A stretch of 19,250 bases of DNA. Origin: Promethearchaeota archaeon (GTDB lineage Archaea; Asgardarchaeota; Lokiarchaeia; Sigyniarchaeales; SOKP01). Below the pieces are notes generated by a model. It saw nothing but the letters and a program-made list of their open reading frames with translations. It was not told the DNA's origin and ran no database searches. Positions 1 through 7,299 of this stretch are shown piece by piece; positions within the stretch are counted from its first letter, which is position 1, and each line of letters opens with the position of its first letter. A program made the translations under genes and the position numbers. The stretch lies in contig SDNY01000069.1 in assembly GCA_004524535.1 (NCBI GenBank), forward strand, positions 1 to 19,250, written 5' to 3'.

Positions 1-129
1 ACCAACAAAATAGAGAGCAAACATTCCCAAGTCAAAAGAAATGGAGCGGGGAGAAAGCAGAGAGATAAGGAGTACGGGCACAAGTTATACATGCTTCACA
101 CATTCCTCGTGGAGTACGGATTTATCCCT
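1..129 (-). ncRNA. Probable 5' leader of a structured non-coding transcript (possibly pre-rRNA) running off the left edge; identity undetermined
   Basis: GC-richer than its surroundings with no listed ORF. It starts about 25 nt downstream of a minus-strand TTATATAA (161-154). AGGGAUAA (129-122) pairs with UUAUCUCU (68-61) using a G-U pair that only works on the minus strand. No mature rRNA or tRNA sequence is visible. Confidence 0.3.
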
Positions 130-153
130 TTTACAAATCTTGCGGGACGCCCC

Positions 154-161
154 TTATATAA
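154..161 (-). promoter_or_regulatory. Candidate archaeal TATA box (TTATATAA) for a leftward transcript starting near 128-131
   Basis: Palindromic TTATATAA with A-rich sequence upstream on the minus strand; spacing to the hairpin start fits a typical TATA-to-TSS distance. Confidence 0.4.
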
Positions 162-193
162 GTATTTAATCAAAAAGAGTAAAAAGAAAAAAA

Positions 194-299
194 TAGGGTA
201 TAAAACCCTTGAGAACGATCGCATTTACGTTCAAACCGTTCTAAGCGCCTATGAGTAAAAACTTAAATTTCATGATCACCTAAAAGGTGTTATACCCTA
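194..299. mobile_element. MITE-like inverted-repeat element (alternatively a pair of inverted operator sites)
   Basis: TAGGGTATAA (194-203) and TTATACCCTA (290-299) are a perfect 10-bp inverted repeat, extending to 15/17 matches inward. Both ends terminate in TA. Internal inverted repeat AGAACG (212-217)/CGTTCT (237-242). Confidence 0.3.
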
Positions 300-453
300 A
301 ATTTTATTTTTTTTTTTTTCTCACTTTTGATAGACATACTGTAATATATTATCCAAATATCATTAACCTTAAATTACATAAAAATCACGATATCTTTTTA
401 AGAAAAATAATAAATAAAGTTAATATTAGTGAATTTACTTGTTTTAATTGGAG

Positions 454-478
454 ATCACGAAAATTTGTGATTTATAAT
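454..478 (+). promoter_or_regulatory. Palindromic operator-like site abutting a candidate TATA box upstream of fae-hps
   Basis: ATCAC-N8-GTGAT (454-471) followed directly by TTTATAAT (471-478), about 65 nt upstream of ATG 545. Confidence 0.3.
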
Positions 479-544
479 TTAATATGTTCAAAATATAATT
501 TCCATTAAATATTGAAAAGATAATAGATGTAAAATGTGAGAAAA

Positions 545-1828
545 ATGAAGAATGAATATTATGTGGGAGAAGCACTTGTTGGAACAGGTGCTGACTTAGC
601 GCATATTGATTTATTAATTGGGTCTAAGAATGGACCTATTGGAATCTCTTTAGCAAATGCGCTTAGTGAACCCTCAAAAGGACACGGCGGTTTATTAGCG
701 GCAATCCGCCCGAATTTACTTGCAAAGCCAATTACATTAATCGTACCGAAGGTAACAGTGTCAAAGATGGAAGAGGCTAATAAAATATTTGGTCCTGCTC
801 AAGCTGCCGTTGCAAAAGGAGTAGTTGATGCAGTTGAGGAAGGTCTTATTCCAATGAATAAACTTGATGAGTGGGTAATAATTGCAAGTGTTTTTATTCA
901 TCCTGGGGCAACTGACTATAGAAAAATTTTCCAGTACAACTATGGAGCAACTAAATTAGCAATTCAAAGAGCTCTAAAAGCATATCCTCCAATTGAAAAG
1001 ATATTTTATGATAAAGACAGGGCAAAGCATCCAGTAGCGGGAATACGGATCCCAAGATTATGGAGGCCGCCATATATACAAGTAGCCTTAGACGCACCTA
1101 ATCTCGAACGCCAAATAAAAGTAGTAAAAGAATTACCCAAAAGTGATCGTATTATACTTGAGGTCGGTACGCCTTTTCTCAAGAAATATGGTATGGAAGC
1201 AATTAAGGAAATTCGAGAGGTTGCAAAAGAAGCTTTCATCGTCGCTGATTTAAAAACATTAGATGTAGGAAAATTAGAAGTTGATTTTGCATTTGATGCA
1301 ACTGCTGATGGGGTTGTAGCAAGTGGTTTAGCCTCTACTGCCTCACTTGATAAATTTATCTTGGAAGCTCAGCGCCTTGGCATTCACGCGTTTGTTGATA
1401 CTATGGAAGTACAAGATCCGGTTGCGAAATTGAGTTCGCTAAAACAAATCCCCGACGTTGTTATACTTCATAGAGCAATTGATGTTGAGCAGTCTGTAGA
1501 AGGTGATCAATCGCCGGATGCCGCGCAAAAAGCAAGATGGGCTTTGGTTCCAAAAATCAAAGAATTATACAAAGAACAAAAAAAGGCTTCGGGGAGGGAT
1601 CGTGTTTTAGTTGCTGTAGCGGGAGGTATTGAGCCGAATAGCGCAATATTTGCATTGAAACAAGGAGCCGATATATTGATAGTTGGAAGATTTATAGCCT
1701 CTGCAAAAGACGTAAAATTTGCGATGAGAAGGATACTCCAAACACTACCAGGTTATCAAGATATTGATTTAAAGCGTATTCACGAGGAAGATGACGACGA
1801 ATCTGTAAAAAAAGCCACCTGGGATTGA
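545..1828 (+). CDS. fae-hps: Bifunctional formaldehyde-activating enzyme (5,6,7,8-tetrahydromethanopterin hydro-lyase) / 3-hexulose-6-phosphate synthase
   Basis: N-terminal Fae motifs GEALVG..AHIDLLIG, PKVT, FGPAQAAVAK, VFIHP, YNYGATKLAI. C-terminal HPS/OMPDC barrel motifs QVALD, LEVGTP, ADLKTLDVG, LHRAID, VAVAGGI, GADILIVGR. ATG 545 preferred over GTG 536. Confidence 0.93.
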   Translation: MKNEYYVGEALVGTGADLAHIDLLIGSKNGPIGISLANALSEPSKGHGGLLAAIRPNLLAKPITLIVPKVTVSKMEEANKIFGPAQAAVAKGVVDAVEEGLIPMNKLDEWVIIASVFIHPGATDYRKIFQYNYGATKLAIQRALKAYPPIEKIFYDKDRAKHPVAGIRIPRLWRPPYIQVALDAPNLERQIKVVKELPKSDRIILEVGTPFLKKYGMEAIKEIREVAKEAFIVADLKTLDVGKLEVDFAFDATADGVVASGLASTASLDKFILEAQRLGIHAFVDTMEVQDPVAKLSSLKQIPDVVILHRAIDVEQSVEGDQSPDAAQKARWALVPKIKELYKEQKKASGRDRVLVAVAGGIEPNSAIFALKQGADILIVGRFIASAKDVKFAMRRILQTLPGYQDIDLKRIHEEDDDESVKKATWD

Positions 1829-1907
1829 AAATCTTTAAATTCTGCTTTCAATTCTATTTTATCACTTAAATTTTTCGATATCATGAGAAAAAAAGCCACC
1901 TGGGATT
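1807..1907 (+). repeat. Perfect 20-bp direct repeat AAAAAAAGCCACCTGGGATT duplicating the fae-hps 3' end
   Basis: Copies at 1807-1826 (in the CDS, KKATWD then TGA) and 1888-1907 (intergenic, KKATWD then TAA), 81 bp apart. Confidence 0.9.
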
Positions 1908-1921
1908 AAATTAACTTTTTT

Positions 1922-2446
1922 TTATCCACTTGGTTGAAAATCATCAATTTCTTTGAGGATTTTTGAATAAAGTGTAGTAGAGATTCTAAATGTGGTATTT
2001 ACCACAAGATTTTCGATAAAATCTCTACATTTTTTTTTTGTTATGAATGATAAGTGCAATGCTTTGAGTATAATACCCAGAGTTCCGGTGATTTTAAGCC
2101 CTAATGTTCTTGCAATCTCTCGCGCCGTCAAATCATCAATAATGATAATATTCTCTTCAGCTTTATCCAGCAATTCTTTCCCTAGAGCGAGGATAGAAGC
2201 TTCTCCTGAGTGAATTTGTAATTTTTCAAGTTTTTTTATAAGCTTTTGATTACTGGTTTCTTTTATGGTTAACCATTCTGTAAAACTCTCTTCCAGTATA
2301 GTATATTCAGGAGCATTTTTTTGCCTTAAAACTTCATTTTTTACCAAGTTCGTCGTATAACACTTTGAAAAGAGCTTAGGAAACAATACAACTGCTCCAA
2401 TTTGTCCTAAATAGATTAATGGAGATGCATTTATGATTGCAATCAT
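1922..2446 (-). CDS. PIN-domain protein (DUF3368/COG2405-like, VapC-type toxin)
   Basis: IINASPLIYL, V.NEV, HSGEASIL, IIIDDLTAREIARTLGLKITGTLGIL pattern of DUF3368-type PIN proteins; immediately downstream of a small antitoxin-like gene. Confidence 0.85.
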   Translation of the reverse strand: MIAIINASPLIYLGQIGAVVLFPKLFSKCYTTNLVKNEVLRQKNAPEYTILEESFTEWLTIKETSNQKLIKKLEKLQIHSGEASILALGKELLDKAEENIIIIDDLTAREIARTLGLKITGTLGIILKALHLSFITKKKCRDFIENLVVNTTFRISTTLYSKILKEIDDFQPSG

Positions 2447-2455
2447 GATTATAAT

Positions 2456-2755
2456 TCATTCTAGGGCAAAATTTAAGTCTTCCCTAAGAGATTGTTCATC
2501 ATATCCAGAAAAGTTACATCTCTTTAACTCAAAGAGCATCTTTCTTAGCGATATTTTCGCGATTTCTGCTGCTTTCCACGCACTAATCTTTTTTTCTTCT
2601 ACTTGTTTGCAGAGAACTTCCATTAATTCCTCAGAAAGTGTCTTATCCAATAATTGGCGAATATAAGTAGATTTATCTATTATTTTTTGCTTTTTCATCA
2701 AGAAACTTAACTTATTTTCTAATTCTTCATCTAATCTAACTGAAAGAACTTTCAT
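2456..2755 (-). CDS. Antitoxin: N-terminal ribbon-helix-helix plus UPF0175-like C-terminal domain
   Basis: MKVLSVRLDEEL...DKSTYIRQLL (RHH); KISAWKAAEIAKISLRKMLFELKR...YDEQSLREDL (UPF0175-like); 9 bp upstream of the PIN gene. Confidence 0.82.
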   Translation of the reverse strand: MKVLSVRLDEELENKLSFLMKKQKIIDKSTYIRQLLDKTLSEELMEVLCKQVEEKKISAWKAAEIAKISLRKMLFELKRCNFSGYDEQSLREDLNFALE

Positions 2756-2760
2756 AATAT

Positions 2761-2796
2761 TATACTATGTATACTAGATCATATGATGTATATAAA
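2761..2796 (-). promoter_or_regulatory. Promoter and probable autoregulatory operator of the TA operon
   Basis: Minus-strand TTTATATA (2796-2789) preceded by an A-run; perfect palindrome ATCATATGAT (2778-2787); TATACTA direct repeats (2761-2767, 2770-2776). Confidence 0.45.
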
Positions 2797-3047
2797 TTTT
2801 TTGCTAAATATTCTTTTTTTAATCTCGTTTTTAATTTTATCTAATAAAAGTTATATATTTTTCTTGAGTTTTATCTGTTATATCTCAGCCTCTATCCCCA
2901 ATTTTATTTAAGAATTTTTAGATCTCAAATTTTTTTTAATAATTATTTTAATTATTAGGCTGGAATAAGGATAACAAAAAAAATTTTTAGCTAATTATTT
3001 ATGATCTTTAATAAAATAAAATATAAAATAAAAAGTGGTTTATTAGA

Positions 3048-5375
3048 TTAGAGTTTAACTGGTCTACTATTGGCTGTAAAAACTGGTCCGATGATCTGGG
3101 AATAAAGGTTACAGTATTGTTCGTGATTGCTGATAACGCTAATAATTTCCGAATCTTTTTCTGAATATGGAGCAAGAATAACTTCCTCGGCATCTCGAGT
3201 TACAGCAAAATATTCTCCCTGAGTATTTAAATTGCGGAATTGAATATTGCCCAATTGCATCATCTTCTTAAGGATATCTTGGTATTGACTCAAATCCCAA
3301 TGTGTAGTGATCATAAATCTTGCTACCTTTCTCTCATATGCAAATTCAGAGACAACTTGTAAAATTTCAGGTACAACCACGGGAGTAACAATTATGATTG
3401 AAGATTTGGTTCGATACACAGCATCTTTAACAGCTGCTATTAACGCCGTTTTTCCAACCGTATGCCACGTGGTAACTTTTGCGATTTCTGAAACTGGAAT
3501 TGAGCTAGAGGCCTTATGAATATCTTTAAGTTTTGTTTCGTTAGTTTCAGCTGCTTCTGTCACATCATCAATAGCATTCATAAAATTAAGGGTAAAATCG
3601 GCAATTGCATCTTTCACATTTTGAGTAGTATCTCGAGTTGTATTAGATAAACTATTTTGTAGAGTTTCCGCATTTAGTTTGTATTTATTTTTATGATTTT
3701 CAAGCATATCAGCCAACAAACCATCCATATCAGCAGATTCTTCATTCCAAAGATTAATCTCAGCATCAATTTTTCCAGATGTATTAGATTTAGATCCATC
3801 AAAATCACTTCGAATTTTGCTTAATCTATCATTTCCAATCTTCGTATGTTTATCTTTAAACTCAGATGACTTAGCTTTAATCTCAGCATCGAAGTCGGTA
3901 TAATGCTTCAAGGATCCATCTTTATGTTTATTTATAGCATCATCATAGTCTTTATGATGTGTTTTTAAAGAATTTTCTAATGAATCTTTCAGTTTTACAG
4001 TAGTATCAGAACAATCTTTTACTCCAGTTTGTAATGTATTATCAATTTCGCCAGACATATCAGTAGCAAGCGTATCTAATTCTGCAGTAATCGTTTCTTG
4101 CGCTCTTTTATCAAGGTCAGTCGTTTCTGTTCCTAATGATTGATTCTCATTTGCCACGGTATCTGATACTTCCTTTTTTAGTTCATCAGAAGTACTTTGA
4201 GTATCCTTAATATATTTATCGCACTCATTCACAAAATCATCTTTGAATGGTCTTGAAATATCTGCAACTTCTGTTTCTATAACCTTCCAAGCATTAATAT
4301 ATTTCAATTTCTTCTTTTTTCCAAAGAAAAACCCTGTATTCGGAATTGCTTCAGCAAGATCACTAAATTTATTTGATTGGGTAATTAGATTTTCTAATAA
4401 TGTCAAGGCTCTATTTTTATATGAATTGATTATATCTTTTATTTCTAAATGTCTATTTTCGACTTTTGTATGAAGATCTGATTCAATATTACTTGTTGTG
4501 CTTTTTACATGGCTCATATGGTCAGCTAATAATCTTGAAATGCGTTCCTTTAGATCAGTAACGATTTTATCCATTCTTTCTAGGTATTTTTCAAGAATCT
4601 GTTCCATTTTAGGTTTAAGTTCATTGGCAATGTTCTTATGTCTGTCTACATGATCATCCAAATCCTTTTTTAATTCAGTTTCTAAATTGCTTACTCTTGT
4701 TGAGAAATCTCCTAATAAATCAGTAATAATTTTGTCGATATCAGTTTTGGCTGCGTTAATTGAAGTTTCATTATTTGAAACTAATGTATCTATGATTTGA
4801 TGAGATTCAGTATCAAGCTGTTTTAAATCATTGTCTAATTCTGAAAAGTCTTTTTCTATATTCTCGTGTAGATCTTTTTCTAAAGTTTTTGATGTTTCTG
4901 TAAATCTGGTCGTTGCTTTATTAATTCTTTCTTTTTTACTTGCATTCTTATCATCTGAATCTTGAAAAAATTCCTTCACTTGAGTGTCAACTGCGGTCTC
5001 AACTTCTTCGATACTTTTGTTTTGAATCGATTCCAGCTTTTCAAATCGACTAGATTGATCAGAAAGAGCATTATCTTTAGTAGTAGCAATTTTCTGTCTA
5101 AACGCTTCAGATTCGCTCGTAAATAATTCAAAAAATGGTTCGAGTGGTACGTACCTATCTATAATTCCTTCGACCTTTTGTAGAAATTTTGATTCAACGA
5201 GTTTTTTAGTAATTTCTTCAACTTCTGAATATTCAATCTCACCCTCTTCAAAATACATGAATACTTCTGAAATTGTTGCTTGTGGCACTCCAAGATATTT
5301 AATGTAGACACTAATTTCTTCTTCAGTTAACCCGTATCTCGTAAATAATTCTTTAGTAATTTCTTTCAATGACAT
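3048..5375 (-). CDS. TrmB-like protein: N-terminal winged HTH, about 550-aa helical repeat insertion, C-terminal PLD-fold (TrmB effector-type) domain
   Basis: YGLTEEEISVYIKYL..ATISEV..LVESKFLQKVEG..RYVPLEP resembles the TrmB wHTH. WHTVGKTALIAAVKDAVYRTKSSIIIVTP...VTRDAEEVILAP resembles the TrmB C-terminal domain. The middle region shows 22-aa periodicity. Confidence 0.65.
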   Translation of the reverse strand: MSLKEITKELFTRYGLTEEEISVYIKYLGVPQATISEVFMYFEEGEIEYSEVEEITKKLVESKFLQKVEGIIDRYVPLEPFFELFTSESEAFRQKIATTKDNALSDQSSRFEKLESIQNKSIEEVETAVDTQVKEFFQDSDDKNASKKERINKATTRFTETSKTLEKDLHENIEKDFSELDNDLKQLDTESHQIIDTLVSNNETSINAAKTDIDKIITDLLGDFSTRVSNLETELKKDLDDHVDRHKNIANELKPKMEQILEKYLERMDKIVTDLKERISRLLADHMSHVKSTTSNIESDLHTKVENRHLEIKDIINSYKNRALTLLENLITQSNKFSDLAEAIPNTGFFFGKKKKLKYINAWKVIETEVADISRPFKDDFVNECDKYIKDTQSTSDELKKEVSDTVANENQSLGTETTDLDKRAQETITAELDTLATDMSGEIDNTLQTGVKDCSDTTVKLKDSLENSLKTHHKDYDDAINKHKDGSLKHYTDFDAEIKAKSSEFKDKHTKIGNDRLSKIRSDFDGSKSNTSGKIDAEINLWNEESADMDGLLADMLENHKNKYKLNAETLQNSLSNTTRDTTQNVKDAIADFTLNFMNAIDDVTEAAETNETKLKDIHKASSSIPVSEIAKVTTWHTVGKTALIAAVKDAVYRTKSSIIIVTPVVVPEILQVVSEFAYERKVARFMITTHWDLSQYQDILKKMMQLGNIQFRNLNTQGEYFAVTRDAEEVILAPYSEKDSEIISVISNHEQYCNLYSQIIGPVFTANSRPVKL

Positions 5376-5493
5376 GATATATTATTTCCTTTTAATTTTA
5401 AAATAAATTATATTCGAATTTGCTTAATAATATTTTATTGAAAATATAATTTAATAATATTTTGATACCAATTAAAATATTTATACTTTAGTT

Positions 5494-5516
5494 AAAAAAA
5501 CAAAACAAAACAAAAC
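5494..5516 (-). terminator. U-rich archaeal terminator-like tract, (GTTTT)x4 plus TTT on the minus strand
   Basis: AAAAC x4 at 5497-5516 on the plus strand, starting 7 nt past the stop of the minus-strand amidohydrolase (5524). Confidence 0.5.
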
Positions 5517-5523
5517 AATGTTC

Positions 5524-7164
5524 TTAATCGTTATTTCTGCGCCTTAGAATTTGACCCTTTTGTACTCCTAAATGTTTTCCATTTTTAACAGTGATTTCTC
5601 CATTTACAATAACATAATATATCCCGTCTGGAAATTGACGCCCATTTTGGTAAGTAGATTTATCTTTTATTTCCATCGGATTAAATATTACGAGATCTGC
5701 CTTGTAATTTTCTTTGATAATCCCTCTGTCCTTCAATCCCAATATTGATGCGGGTAATGATGTCATTTTTCTAATTCCTTCTTCTAATGACACAATCTTC
5801 TTTTCTCTAACATATCTCGCTAAGATTCGTGGAAATGTGCCATATGATCGTGGATGAGTATTACCTTCTAAAACTAAAAAACCATCCGAGCCAATACATA
5901 CAAAATCTTGCTTGAATAAAGATAAAATGCTCTTTCTCTCGTTCATTCCTTTAAAAGAAACCATAATCGATCCTTCCTCATCTCTAACGAAATCCAATAA
6001 AGCTTCAGCTATTTCTTTTTTCGGATAAAGAATTGCCAACGCATCGTTTAAAAATTTTCCCTCTATTTTATGATTATGCAAAACACTGATTATCCTTACG
6101 CCATCTTTTAAAAAATTGAACATAAGCTCTATCACTTTATTTCTAGGGATCTCTTTCATTTTAGATGAGAGGTTAGTTAAAAATGCTGAGGTTAACATAT
6201 TAATTGTTTCATCTATGATTCTTTCTCTAGTATCTGGTTTAGTTAAATTTTCTTTAAAGTTTTTAAAAACCCAAGGTTTCAATAAAAATCCTGCCAAACT
6301 AGTAGAACTCTCCTCATAGGGATAAATATCTGCGTTAATTTTAAGACCTTCATTTCTCGCATTTTCTACTAATTTAATCATCTCAGGAGTTAATTTCCAT
6401 GCAAAATTACCCGCTGCTTTCCAATGAGATATCTGACCTTGAATATTTGCTTTTCTTACAATATTAATAAATTCACCCATTCCTTCTAAAACTTTGATAC
6501 TTTCGTCTCTTATATGGGAGTCGTAAATACCTCCGTATTGCCTTACAACTTTGCAAAGTTCAATGATTTCTTCTGTAGATGTAATGGATCCAGGTGGATA
6601 TACTAAACCCGTACTCATACCGAAAGCCCCAGCTTCCAATTCTCTTTTAATGATATTTTTCATTGAATTCAATTCTTCTGGTGTTGCTGCGCCTTCATCC
6701 AACCCTAACACGCTTGCTCTTATATTTCCATGCGGAATGAAAAATGCTAAATTTGTAGAAATTCCTTTTTTCTCTATTACATCCATATATTCTTGAATTG
6801 TATCAAATAATTGCAATCTACTCGAACCAAACACATTTTCCACCAAAGTTGAATAATATTCTCGAACTCTATCGTTAGCAGGGGCAAGGCCTATCCCACA
6901 CATTCCAACTACGAGAGTTGTAACTCCTTGCATGATAGTTGCTTCAGCTTTGTTTGCTTCTAAAATCATTAAATCAGCGTGTGAATGCATATCGATAAAT
7001 CCAGGAGAGACAACTTTATTAGACGCATCAATTAATTCGCAGTCATCTTCCTGTAGATTCAATCCAATCTTTTCAATTCTGTTATTTTTAATATAAACAT
7101 CAGATTTATATCCCGGAAAGCCGGTACCATCAATAATTATTCCATTTTTTATTAAAATATTCAT
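5524..7164 (-). CDS. N-acyl-D-amino-acid deacylase (D-aminoacylase) family amidohydrolase
   Basis: ILIKNGIIIDGTG, PGFIDMHSHAD, QGVTTLVVGMCG, GAFGMSTGLVYPPG, SHIRDE, ISHWK, DIYPY, GSDG, HPRSYGTFPR, GIRKMTSLPA, ADLVIF. Confidence 0.88.
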   Translation of the reverse strand: MNILIKNGIIIDGTGFPGYKSDVYIKNNRIEKIGLNLQEDDCELIDASNKVVSPGFIDMHSHADLMILEANKAEATIMQGVTTLVVGMCGIGLAPANDRVREYYSTLVENVFGSSRLQLFDTIQEYMDVIEKKGISTNLAFFIPHGNIRASVLGLDEGAATPEELNSMKNIIKRELEAGAFGMSTGLVYPPGSITSTEEIIELCKVVRQYGGIYDSHIRDESIKVLEGMGEFINIVRKANIQGQISHWKAAGNFAWKLTPEMIKLVENARNEGLKINADIYPYEESSTSLAGFLLKPWVFKNFKENLTKPDTRERIIDETINMLTSAFLTNLSSKMKEIPRNKVIELMFNFLKDGVRIISVLHNHKIEGKFLNDALAILYPKKEIAEALLDFVRDEEGSIMVSFKGMNERKSILSLFKQDFVCIGSDGFLVLEGNTHPRSYGTFPRILARYVREKKIVSLEEGIRKMTSLPASILGLKDRGIIKENYKADLVIFNPMEIKDKSTYQNGRQFPDGIYYVIVNGEITVKNGKHLGVQKGQILRRRNND

Positions 7165-7299
7165 AGAAAATCAAGAATCAAGTGTGATAAGAACTTAAGA
7201 ATCAATAAATTAAATTATAAATATATGAATCTATTTATATTTAAATTAATTGTTTAAAACTAAAAACATAAAATTGAAGGCAATAAAAGAGGATATGAA

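Noticed and set aside
287-508. 73-aa ORF upstream of fae-hps
   Set aside because: Runs through a poly-T tract and AT-rich promoter DNA with low-complexity F/I/N/K composition; likely spurious.
181-535. Replication origin (inverted repeats beside an AT-rich tract)
   Set aside because: The repeats do not match the ORB consensus I know (TCCA..GAAA with a G-string) and no orc1/cdc6 gene is in the window.
1807-1907. CRISPR mini-array reading of the 20-bp repeat
   Set aside because: Only two copies, a 61-bp spacer, one copy inside a CDS and no cas genes in the window.
4314-4320. In-frame A_AAA_AAG slippery heptamer in the 775-aa gene
   Set aside because: Expected by chance in Lys runs of an AT-rich genome; the ORF is intact and I saw no stimulatory structure.
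3048-5375. SMC/Rad50 or chemoreceptor call for the long helical protein
   Set aside because: No Walker A/B or ABC signature and no MCP signalling hairpin motif; the ends resemble TrmB domains.
5497-5516. (AAAAC)4 as a phase-variable microsatellite
   Set aside because: Short, intergenic and immediately after a stop codon; better explained as a U-rich terminator.
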